From assembly GCA_965195285.1 (NCBI GenBank), contig CBDAFS010000010.1, positions 1 through 28,392 of the forward strand: 28,392 nt of DNA. The letters run 5' to 3'. Below, one piece after another: positions 1-8,568 of the stretch. The translations under genes were made by a program, and so were the position numbers. The notes beneath the pieces are model-generated. The model was not told where the DNA came from and did no database searches. It saw nothing but the letters and a program-made list of their open reading frames with translations. This DNA is from an uncultured Aminicenantes bacterium. GTDB taxonomy: Bacteria > Acidobacteriota > Aminicenantia > UBA2199. The first letter of the stretch is position 1. Each line of letters begins with the position of its first letter.

Positions 1-1
1 G

Positions 2-1867
2 GAACAGGCAACCGGAGACAAAATGGATCACCGTTCCGACATCTGGTCCCTGGGTGTGCTGCTATACGAAATGATCACCGGCCAACTTCCCTTCAAAGGC
101 GAATACGAACAGGCCGTCATGTACGCCATCATGAACGAAGATCCGGAACCTGTGACTGGCCTGAGGACTGGTATTCCCAAGGAGCTGGAACGCATCGTCA
201 ACAAAACCCTGAATAAAAATCCGCAGGAGCGTTACAACAATACGGGCGACCTCATCGTCGATTTAAAAAATCTGCAAAAACAACAGAACTCCAAAGGGAT
301 CAAACATTCCCGGGATTTAGCCACGTGGAAAAAGCCAAGCGCCCAAAAACAATGGCTGCCCTTCATCATGGCCGCGCTGATCATACTGATTGTGGCTGGG
401 TATTTTATCCTGAAGCAACCGCAACGATCTGGAGAATCGCAAACTCAAAAACCCTCTGAACAAACTTCCACGACGCACAGCCAATGGAAAAACTCCATCG
501 CGGTTCTCCCGTTCACCAATATCAGCGCTGACCGGGAGCAGGAGTATTTCTGTGACGGTATGACCGAAGAGATCATTACCAAGCTGACTACTATCAATGA
601 TCTGAAGGTGATTTCCCGAACCTCGGTGATGAGATTTAAAAACAGTAAAAAAACCATCAAGGAAATCGGCCGGCAACTGGCAGTGAAAAATGTGTTAGAG
701 GGCAGCGTGAGAAAGGATAAAAACCGGATCCGGATTACGGCCCAGTTGATAAGGGTGTCTGACGACGCCCACCTGTGGGCCAAGAACTATGACCGGAAAC
801 TTGAAGATATTTTTACTATTCAGGACGAGGTGTCCAAGGCAATTTCCAATTCACTGGAAGTCACCCTTTCTCCCGGAGTACTGGATCAGTTTAAATCGAG
901 GGAAACCCAAAATATGTTGGCCTATGAGTATTATCTGAAAGGCATATTTTTGATGAATTCCCGATATTTAAACACACTGGAAGAGGAAGATTTTCGGCAG
1001 GCTGTCAGGATGCTGGAAAAGGCATTGGAATTGGATCCCACATATGCCAAAGGCTACATCGGACTGGTGTGGGCTTACACCAGCCACTTGATGTATACTG
1101 GAAACCAGGGGGATCTTAAGGAAGTCTTGAAATTATCTAAAAAACTGGAGGAAATCGCGCCGGATTCTACGCGGGGACACTTTGTTCTAGGGATGTATTA
1201 CACATTAAAAAAAGATTTTGACCGGGCCTTTGCCCATCTTAAAAGGGCATGGACAATTTCCTCCAATGATGCAGATTTATCATACATGATCGGTTTCTTT
1301 TATTATCGGGCCGGCCTTTACAAGAAAGCCATCAGATTCTGTGACAGGGCGATTGATCTCGACCCGCTCATGCCCCATTCCTATACGACGCCGATCCTCT
1401 GTTCCATTTATTTACAAGAATACAGAAGAGCGGAATCTTATATCAAAAAGGCAACCGAACTTCGCAAAGATCATCCCGTTCTCCTGCTATTTATATGCGG
1501 CTTCTATCTCCGTACCGGCCAATATGAAAGGGCGGAAAAAATCCTGGAGAAGTTGAAGGAAGTTAACCACAATCCCGGAAATGTTAACTCTTTGCAGGCG
1601 ATTTTGTATGCTCTCAGGGGTGAACGGAACAAGGTGCTGGAATTGAACCATACATCCTCCCAGGCATTCGCCATTCTGGGTTTAAAAGATCGGGCCATTG
1701 CCATCATCCAAAAATCTCTGGAATCCAATCAAGATTCCAATAAATATTTATTCTTAATCAATCAGTCTTTCTATGACAATTTGAGAGATGATCCCCGCTT
1801 TCAAAAGATCGTGGCGGATGCCAAAGAGATTTATGAAGAGCGGTTGAGGAAATATGGGGATTTGTAA
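2..1867 (+). CDS. Ser/Thr protein kinase (5'-truncated by window edge) with TM helix, TolB-like/adenylate-cyclase-associated domain and TPR repeats
   Basis: The frame is open from base 2 (EQATGDKMDHRSDIWSLGVLLYEMITGQLPF = kinase subdomains VIII-IX). It continues with a hydrophobic helix (WLPFIMAALIILIVAGYFIL), the TolB-like motif SIAVLPFTNIS...EYFCDGMTEEII, and TPR-like repeats (EKALELDPTYAKGY, DRAIDLDP). Confidence 0.9.
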   Translation, partial: EQATGDKMDHRSDIWSLGVLLYEMITGQLPFKGEYEQAVMYAIMNEDPEPVTGLRTGIPKELERIVNKTLNKNPQERYNNTGDLIVDLKNLQKQQNSKGIKHSRDLATWKKPSAQKQWLPFIMAALIILIVAGYFILKQPQRSGESQTQKPSEQTSTTHSQWKNSIAVLPFTNISADREQEYFCDGMTEEIITKLTTINDLKVISRTSVMRFKNSKKTIKEIGRQLAVKNVLEGSVRKDKNRIRITAQLIRVSDDAHLWAKNYDRKLEDIFTIQDEVSKAISNSLEVTLSPGVLDQFKSRETQNMLAYEYYLKGIFLMNSRYLNTLEEEDFRQAVRMLEKALELDPTYAKGYIGLVWAYTSHLMYTGNQGDLKEVLKLSKKLEEIAPDSTRGHFVLGMYYTLKKDFDRAFAHLKRAWTISSNDADLSYMIGFFYYRAGLYKKAIRFCDRAIDLDPLMPHSYTTPILCSIYLQEYRRAESYIKKATELRKDHPVLLLFICGFYLRTGQYERAEKILEKLKEVNHNPGNVNSLQAILYALRGERNKVLELNHTSSQAFAILGLKDRAIAIIQKSLESNQDSNKYLFLINQSFYDNLRDDPRFQKIVADAKEIYEERLRKYGDL

Positions 1868-1882
1868 AATCAAAAAAGAGGT

Positions 1883-3409
1883 TTAAAGATACTTATCCAG
1901 GCTCATGACCTTGGGCGGATTGCTCTGCCCCCAGAAATATTGATTGATCAGTTTCAGGGAATCGGTAGCCTCCTGGCCGGACATGAACCGGCCCCAGAAA
2001 ACCAGGTAACAAATCCGGTTTCCCAGGTCGCGTTTCAGAATAAAAAACTGGTCTTTCCGGTCAATCCGGTTGTAGGCATTCAGAACCGACTCTTTCTGGC
2101 AATCCAGCTCCAGCAGAATACTGTGGCTGATACCGGCCCGTTTGAGTTCCTTCTTCCAGGCATCACAGGCCTCGTAAAAATCACCATCTTTAAAATGGAT
2201 AATAGCGGTTTTTCCGGTCTTGGGTTTTTGGGTTGGCTTGACGACCGGGGACACAGATTCTTTCGGAGTCTGCCTGGGAGGAGTGGTCTTCTGCTGAGCT
2301 CCTTTCGCTTTCTGCATTTTTATGACAATGGGCTGGTCTTTATCGGTTGCAGCTTTCGGCTTTTTTTCTGTAACGGTTACTACATCTTTCCGGATTGACC
2401 GGTCTGGTTTTTTATCCGGGGCCTCATCATCCATCAACAAAATGAAAATCAAACCGCCCAGGACAAATATCAGAATAATGAAAATAATGATGTAGCTGAA
2501 TTGCTTTGATTTCTTCTTTTCATCCACGCGTTTTTCCGGCATAGAAAAGGGAGCCTTGGCTCTCGGCGAAACCTCATCAGGTTTTGCCTTCTGTTTTTTT
2601 CCGAAAACAAAGGCATCCTTCTGGGGCATTTTTTTCGGGTCCGCAGATGCCTTGGGATCCTGATCCTCTACCAAAATCGTTTTTTGAACGGGTTTGGGCT
2701 CGATTTTCAGGATCAATTCGCTCAGAAAAAAGAAATAGATAATTTTCAAAATCGAGCCCTGGTGTTCCTCGGGATAGGAAGTAAGAATATTAGCTATGGC
2801 AACCTTACCGTTAAAGCGGCTCAGCAGTGTTTTCTGTTTATCATTCAAATTGTATTTGTTTAACTTTTCTGCATCCGGGTTGCTGCTCAGCATCAATTCC
2901 ATCGAACCGATTTGCTTTTCGATATATTCCTCATCCAGAAACTGGGTAATGTAATTAAATACAAAATTTAAAATATTGATATCAAGATTCAGCAGGGCAT
3001 CGGGCGGAGATTCTTCAACGAACTGGAATCTTCCTTCATCCCACTTTAAAACACTCATCACGATATTTCTGAATTGTTCCTTGGTAGATTCAATCAAATC
3101 CTCCAGGGTAATCATGCCCTTTTCAACCAGGATTTTCCCCTTTGATTCCGAAATATGCTCTTCCTCATTGACCTGGTTGAGTGCTTTTTCATCCAGCAGC
3201 TTCTTGGCCAGCAGTATATTTTCAAGCCGGTCCACATCCGAATTGGATATAGCCGCATAAAATTTTCCCCGGTTGAAATACAGAACCTTCAGCGCCGCCT
3301 CAGGCCCCTCCTTTTTTAAATACAGTACCCCAGAGGAATTTTGTTCAAAAATTGTAATCAACAACTTGACAATTGGAATCTGGCTCAGGGAACCTTTATT
3401 CATGTCCAT
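1883..3409 (-). CDS. DUF4388 (PatA_N-like) domain membrane protein with probable C-terminal SPOR-like domain
   Basis: N-terminal GSLSQIPIVKLL...SGVLYL...LYFNRG...LKWDEGRFQF pattern, one TM helix (YIIIFIILIFVLGGLIFILL), a Lys/Pro-rich linker, and C-terminal YLVFWGRF..QEA..SLKLI resembling SPOR. Confidence 0.7.
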   Translation of the reverse strand: MDMNKGSLSQIPIVKLLITIFEQNSSGVLYLKKEGPEAALKVLYFNRGKFYAAISNSDVDRLENILLAKKLLDEKALNQVNEEEHISESKGKILVEKGMITLEDLIESTKEQFRNIVMSVLKWDEGRFQFVEESPPDALLNLDINILNFVFNYITQFLDEEYIEKQIGSMELMLSSNPDAEKLNKYNLNDKQKTLLSRFNGKVAIANILTSYPEEHQGSILKIIYFFFLSELILKIEPKPVQKTILVEDQDPKASADPKKMPQKDAFVFGKKQKAKPDEVSPRAKAPFSMPEKRVDEKKKSKQFSYIIIFIILIFVLGGLIFILLMDDEAPDKKPDRSIRKDVVTVTEKKPKAATDKDQPIVIKMQKAKGAQQKTTPPRQTPKESVSPVVKPTQKPKTGKTAIIHFKDGDFYEACDAWKKELKRAGISHSILLELDCQKESVLNAYNRIDRKDQFFILKRDLGNRICYLVFWGRFMSGQEATDSLKLINQYFWGQSNPPKVMSLDKYL

Positions 3410-3538
3410 AAAAAGCCTCTTATTTCTTTATACATATATATAACAGCCGGCAAAAAAAATCAAGCCCCCAGGCGCTTATATTTCACAAGGCCAGGTCCGG
3501 GCCGGGTTTTAGCCAGAATTTTAAAAACATTTTATGGT

Positions 3539-3567
3539 TTGACAAACCATATGAAAAGGATTAAAAT
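3539..3567 (+). promoter_or_regulatory. sigma70 promoter for the cobalamin riboswitch/B12 operon
   Basis: TTGACA (3539-3544), 17 nt, TAAAAT (3562-3567). The predicted start at about 3574 coincides with the 5' arm of the riboswitch closing stem. Confidence 0.85.
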
Positions 3568-3573
3568 AATTTT

Positions 3574-3790
3574 TTAAGGCTTGATTCAAGGGAAGAGGCA
3601 AAAGCGCGGATCCCTGTTGATCCCCTTTAAGCCCACAGCCCCCGCTGCCGTGACCGTGGAAAAGTCTTTAAAATGAATCACCACTTCTTCGCCAGCCGGA
3701 GAGGGAAGGTGTTTTAAAGATCCCGGGAGTCGGAAGACCTATTAAGCCTTAACTTTTTATATACATGCTGCGGAGGGCAGTGTGTATAAA
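3574..3790 (+). promoter_or_regulatory. Cobalamin (B12) riboswitch with downstream P13-like hairpin
   Basis: AAGGGAA; CAGCCCCCGCTGCCGTGA (variant of GCCCCCGCnACTGT); CACCACT...GGGAAGGTG; B12-box GAGTCGGAAGACCT. A 12-bp closing stem pairs TTAAGGCTTGAT (3574-3585) with ATTAAGCCTTAA (3741-3752). The hairpin TATACATGCTGC-GGAGG-GCAGTGTGTATA has a GCGGAGG segment that can kiss CCCCCGC. It lies directly upstream of btuB. Confidence 0.92.
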
Positions 3791-3862
3791 TTAAATGCTC
3801 CCTCCAAAAATTTAAACCTGTATTACTCATAAGTTTTGTAATGCAGATTAAAGGAGACTTTT

Positions 3863-5713
3863 ATGTACAAAAAAATCTGTTTCTTTTTTATGTGCCTGGT
3901 ATTGTCTTTCACACTTTTTTCAGAAAAAGCAACATCTGATGAAAAAAAGGAATCCTCTTCTACAAAAAAACCCACTGAAAAATCAATGTTTGTAGAAGAG
4001 GTTGAAGTGTTGGGGAAAATCCCTGTTAACAGGGCCATCCAGAGTGTAACAGTTTACAGCAAGGAGGAGATGGAACAATTCAACAACGAGACTTTAAAAT
4101 CATTATTAAACCAGACAGCAGGATTCCTGGTACTCGGTAGTGGCCATCCCGGTCAGTTCGCCTATTCATTTGCCAGGGGAGCTTCACTAAACCAGACTCT
4201 TTTTCTTATCGATGGCTTTAAAATGACCGATCCTTCAACCTCAATCGGCTTAAATCTGACTTTTGTTTCACCCAATCTATTTGAAAAAATTGAAATTGTC
4301 AGAGGGCCACTTGGTTATATATACGGTTCCAATGCCATGGGCGGTGTCATCAATCTGAAAACCAGAGAAAAGGAGGGCATCGAACTGACAACATTTGCCG
4401 GCAGTCACGGCACTTACGAAGGCAACTTCTACCTTTCCAAAAAGGCAGGGGATTTCAAATTCATCCTGAACGGCAATTTACTGAGGTACAGTGACGGAGT
4501 CGAGAACGATGAATTTAAAAACAGAAGCATTAAAGCAAAGATAGGATATGATAAAGAGGGATTAAAAACAGGATTTATATTTTTTGGGAATTTTGCCAAC
4601 TCCGGTATCCCCTTCAGCATGGGTAATCCTACCCCAAATCGAATATATTCCCAGAATAACTATCTTTTTGCTTTACCCTTCAGTTATAAATTCCCAGGAC
4701 CTACAATCCTTAATATTAAATTGTCCCACAACTATAACATGTATGAATTTGAAGACCCCGACGACACCTGGAATTCATATTTCATGAATAAATCAAGAAT
4801 AAATGAAGCTCAGGTTGCGGTTCGCACAAAACCATTAAAAAATCTATTTATAAATACGGGAATAGATTATTCCGATCAGAAAATAACAAACGAGGATAAT
4901 ACAGAAAAACAACTTGATGATGAAAACACAAATTATATCTCCGCTTTCCTAAATGCCGGACTGGAGCTAGAAAGACTTTTTATATCGGCCTCGCTTCGTT
5001 ATGACAAGTATAGAGATATAGATGAAGAGTTCTCGCCTCAGCTGGGTTTATCTTACCTCTTCTCAGGCATCTTTAAAATCAGGGCTTCTTACTCAGAGAA
5101 TTTTCGCGCCCCAACCCTTCCAGAACTGTTGAATCCTATGTGGGGAAATCCAGATTTACAACCGGAAAAGGGAAAATCTTTTGAAATCGGAGCCGATATT
5201 TACACCAAAGCGGCAACCTTCAGCCTGGTATATTTCAATTCTGAATATAAAAACCTGATCGGGTTTAATCCCACCACCTGGGTATTTGACAATTTAAATG
5301 AAGCTGATATATCAGGAATAGAATTAAGTGCCAGGGTGATCCTATTCAAGCAGATCACATTATGGGCGGCCTACACCTATCTGGACACTTATGATATTCA
5401 GCATGATCAGGAGTTACTGAGACGCCCCAAACACTCGATTTCGGCCATGATATCCTATAAACACAAATATTTTTTCATCTCTGGTGAAATGATCTATGTG
5501 GGTAAAAGACTGGATTACGATGAACTGCTCTGGGAAACCTCTGAAAGCCCCTCTTTCAATACCTTTAATTTCAATCTGTCCATTCCCCTGAATGAAAAAC
5601 TGTCCTTGATCGGAAAGGCTACCAATGCTTTCAATCAGGAATACCAGGAAGTTTTAGGTTATCCGGCCCCGGGAAGCCGTTTCATTTTGGGAATAAAATA
5701 TAAAATAATGTAG
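3863..5713 (+). CDS. btuB: TonB-dependent corrinoid (vitamin B12) receptor
   Basis: Signal peptide, TonB-box-like EEVEV, plug motifs (RGASLNQTLFLIDG; EKIEIVRGP...YGSNAMGGVINL), GNPDLQPE, C-terminal GYPAPGSRFILGIKY. RBS AAGGAG upstream; downstream of a B12 riboswitch. Confidence 0.9.
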   Translation: MYKKICFFFMCLVLSFTLFSEKATSDEKKESSSTKKPTEKSMFVEEVEVLGKIPVNRAIQSVTVYSKEEMEQFNNETLKSLLNQTAGFLVLGSGHPGQFAYSFARGASLNQTLFLIDGFKMTDPSTSIGLNLTFVSPNLFEKIEIVRGPLGYIYGSNAMGGVINLKTREKEGIELTTFAGSHGTYEGNFYLSKKAGDFKFILNGNLLRYSDGVENDEFKNRSIKAKIGYDKEGLKTGFIFFGNFANSGIPFSMGNPTPNRIYSQNNYLFALPFSYKFPGPTILNIKLSHNYNMYEFEDPDDTWNSYFMNKSRINEAQVAVRTKPLKNLFINTGIDYSDQKITNEDNTEKQLDDENTNYISAFLNAGLELERLFISASLRYDKYRDIDEEFSPQLGLSYLFSGIFKIRASYSENFRAPTLPELLNPMWGNPDLQPEKGKSFEIGADIYTKAATFSLVYFNSEYKNLIGFNPTTWVFDNLNEADISGIELSARVILFKQITLWAAYTYLDTYDIQHDQELLRRPKHSISAMISYKHKYFFISGEMIYVGKRLDYDELLWETSESPSFNTFNFNLSIPLNEKLSLIGKATNAFNQEYQEVLGYPAPGSRFILGIKYKIM

Positions 5714-5716
5714 AAC

Positions 5717-5736
5717 GGCAGCCCTTTGGGGCTGCC
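5717..5736 (+). other. Intercistronic GC-rich hairpin after btuB (mRNA stabiliser or weak terminator)
   Basis: GGCAGCCC-TTTG-GGGCTGCC, a perfect 8-bp stem 3 nt after the btuB stop, with no U-tract on the + strand. Confidence 0.6.
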
Positions 5737-5747
5737 CAATAAATATT

Positions 5748-6572
5748 ATGAAAATTATTAAGATATTATTAATTTTTATTACCATTTTCCCATCCCTTAT
5801 CTTTTCCGAAAGAATCATCACCCTGGCTCCGGCCTTAACTGAAATTGTTTTTGCCCTGGGTAAAGGAGACTCTATAGTCGGTAATACACGGTTTTGTGAT
5901 TTCCCTGAAAAAGCCAGAGCCATCACCAAAATCGGTGGCTTTATGGATCTGAATATTGAAATGGTCATCAATCTGAAACCGGATTTAATCATACTATATC
6001 CGGAAAATTTTGAAAAAATGAAAATATTAAAAAACCGAACAAAACTTTTAACTGTCAATCATAAGACTCTGAATCATCTCTATGAGGCCATTACAACAAT
6101 ATCGAAGGAATTGAAGGAAATCACAAAAGGGGAGTTCATGGTCTCAAACATAAAAATAACACTGGAAAATATCCGCAACAAATCTCAAAATAAGAAAAAA
6201 AGGAAGACATTATTAATTGCTGGAAGAAATCCGGATCAATTATCAAACATGTATGTGATCGGAAACAAGGATTTTTTAAACGATATACTTGAGATTTCAG
6301 GTGGAATCAATGCTTACACCGGCAATATACTCTACCCTAATATATCAATCGAATCAGTTGTTAGTATGAACCCGGACTATATAATAGAGCTTTCTGCTTT
6401 CAATCAACAAATTCAAGAAGATAAAATATTAAAGCTTTGGGAAAAATATAAAATAATAACTGCAGCCAGAAGAAACAGAATAATAATTATAAAAGACTCA
6501 TTTTGGTTCAGACCCGGACCCAGGGTTGTAAAAATCGCAGAAAAACTATATGAACTGTTTTCAAATAATTAG
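5748..6572 (+). CDS. btuF: Periplasmic cobalamin-binding protein (helical-backbone class III SBP)
   Basis: Signal peptide; RIITLAPALTEIVFALG...VG.TRFCDFP; LKPDLI; RPGPR motif; operon context. Confidence 0.88.
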   Translation: MKIIKILLIFITIFPSLIFSERIITLAPALTEIVFALGKGDSIVGNTRFCDFPEKARAITKIGGFMDLNIEMVINLKPDLIILYPENFEKMKILKNRTKLLTVNHKTLNHLYEAITTISKELKEITKGEFMVSNIKITLENIRNKSQNKKKRKTLLIAGRNPDQLSNMYVIGNKDFLNDILEISGGINAYTGNILYPNISIESVVSMNPDYIIELSAFNQQIQEDKILKLWEKYKIITAARRNRIIIIKDSFWFRPGPRVVKIAEKLYELFSNN

Positions 6573-6733
6573 ATAATTGTTAACTTCCTGCAAAAAACAC
6601 AGACAGGAATACATTATAAATGCAGTAATGTTGTAAAATGCATTTTAATAAATAAAGATAGAAGAGGATAAAATGTTTGAAGAAATAAAAAAACTATTGA
6701 ATGATTTTGTTGTCAGATGCGAAGTGAGATAAA

Positions 6734-7456
6734 TTGAGAAGTATAAAGAATATTATTGCCGCCTTTCAATTCTTGACATCCATTCCGCTTCCTATAAAAA
6801 CCGACCGTGATAATTTAAATAAATCTATTCTTTGGTTTCCTTTAGTCGGAGCCGTAATCGGATTTATAACGGGCTATGGATATCTATTCCTGAATCAATA
6901 TGTAAGCGATAATCTTTCATCAATATCCGTTATTTTTATTTATTTACTTATTACCAGGGGATTACACCTTGATGGTTATATAGACACTATCGACGGATTT
7001 TTCAGCAGAAAAAACAGACATACAATTTTAACAATAATGAAAGAACCGACAGCAGGAAGTTTTGCGGTTATGGGAACGGGAATATGGTTTTTAACCATGT
7101 TCTCCACACTTCCGTTACTTAAACCCGAAGATCAAATAATAATTCACACCCTGTCACGATTGAATATAATTCTTTTAGCTGTTTTATTTCCCTATGCCAG
7201 GAAAGATGGTTGCGGTAAATTTTTTGTAAAAAGTGTAAATAAAAATACATTTATTCTTGCTATGATTCCAACCTTTATCACCATTTGTTTAATAAATTTA
7301 TCTTATGCTAAATATTTTTTTCTTTCTATTTTAATATCACTTTTTATAGGAATATGGTCAGAAAAAAAGATAAACGGTATAACCGGTGATATATTAGGTT
7401 TTACAGTTGAAGCAACAAACCTTGTTTTATTGGTATCATTGAATATAAAAATTTAA
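6734..7456 (+). CDS. cobS: Adenosylcobinamide-GDP ribazoletransferase (cobalamin synthase)
   Basis: AFQFLTSIP, WFPLVG, TRGLHLDGYIDTIDG and GITGDILG motifs; multi-TM protein; TTG start. Confidence 0.92.
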   Translation: MRSIKNIIAAFQFLTSIPLPIKTDRDNLNKSILWFPLVGAVIGFITGYGYLFLNQYVSDNLSSISVIFIYLLITRGLHLDGYIDTIDGFFSRKNRHTILTIMKEPTAGSFAVMGTGIWFLTMFSTLPLLKPEDQIIIHTLSRLNIILLAVLFPYARKDGCGKFFVKSVNKNTFILAMIPTFITICLINLSYAKYFFLSILISLFIGIWSEKKINGITGDILGFTVEATNLVLLVSLNIKI

Positions 7457-7504
7457 TTGAGGTACCGATTTGCTTTTTTATCTACGATTTTTTTATGGCA
7501 GGAA

Positions 7505-8566
7505 ATGAAAGATTTAAATAAATATATGAATGAAATTGAGGATATCGATACTTTTTTCTCGAAAAAAGCGAGAGAAAGAGAAGATATCCTGACAAAACCC
7601 AATGGAAGCCTTGGAAAACTTGAAGAAATTGCAATTGAAATAGCCGCCATGAAAAGAGAGGAAATCCCCAAGATACACAGAAAAGTCATATTCACCTTGG
7701 CTGGAGATCATGGTGTTGTTGAAGAAGGTGTGAGTGCCTACCCACAAGAAGTAACATCCCAGATGATTTATAATTTTATTGAAGGAGGCGCTGCAATTAA
7801 TATTCTTGCCTCACATGCCGGCTCTGAAATCATTGTGGCTGACTTTGGTGTTGCCTCGGAGTTGAATATTGCCGGCAATAACTTCAGAAATAGAAAAATA
7901 AACTACGGAACCAAAAATATAGCAAAAGAACCTGCCATGACAAAGGAGGAAGCGATAAAGTCAATAATGACGGGTATTATATTGTTTGAAGAAGAATATA
8001 AAAAAGAGAAAATCGATCTTGTAGGTATCGGAGAGATGGGAATAGGAAATACCACGCCTGCGACTACAATACTTGCTGTGATTAACGGAGAAAAAATAGA
8101 AACAATCGTCGATAGAGGAACGGGTATCTCCGATAAAGGATTAAAAAGAAAAATAGCTGCTATTAAAAAGGCAATAAAATTACATAAACCGGAAAAAGAT
8201 AACGGAATTGACATTCTGCAAAAGGTTGGCGGATATGAAATCGGAGGTCTTACCGGAATCATACTGGCAGCAGCAAGAAATAGAACTCCTATTCTAATCG
8301 ATGGATTTATTTCCACATCTGCGGCTTTAATCGCCAAGATATTAAATCCTGTATCAATCAGTTATATAATAGCATCTCACAAATCAAAAGAATCCGGACA
8401 TGAAAAAATGCTGGAAATACTTAAAAAGAAACCCATTTTAAATTTAGATTTACGACTTGGTGAGGGTAGCGGCGCTGCACTTGCCATGAATATTGTAGAA
8501 TCAGCAATCAAAATTTTAAATAAAATGGCAACTTTCGAATCTGCCGGAATAAGTAAAAAAAAATAA
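7505..8566 (+). CDS. cobT: Nicotinate-nucleotide-dimethylbenzimidazole phosphoribosyltransferase
   Basis: LTKPNGSLGKLE, AGDHGV..EGVSAYP, GEMGIGNTT, DGFIS, LRLGEGSGA. Start placed at ATG 7505 after GCAGGA; the ORF is open from 7457. Confidence 0.95.
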   Translation: MKDLNKYMNEIEDIDTFFSKKAREREDILTKPNGSLGKLEEIAIEIAAMKREEIPKIHRKVIFTLAGDHGVVEEGVSAYPQEVTSQMIYNFIEGGAAINILASHAGSEIIVADFGVASELNIAGNNFRNRKINYGTKNIAKEPAMTKEEAIKSIMTGIILFEEEYKKEKIDLVGIGEMGIGNTTPATTILAVINGEKIETIVDRGTGISDKGLKRKIAAIKKAIKLHKPEKDNGIDILQKVGGYEIGGLTGIILAAARNRTPILIDGFISTSAALIAKILNPVSISYIIASHKSKESGHEKMLEILKKKPILNLDLRLGEGSGAALAMNIVESAIKILNKMATFESAGISKKK

Positions 8567-8568
8567 CC

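Noticed and set aside
7457-7504. N-terminal extension of CobT from TTG 7457
   Set aside because: No RBS there; ATG 7505 follows GCAGGA and gives a normal CobT length.
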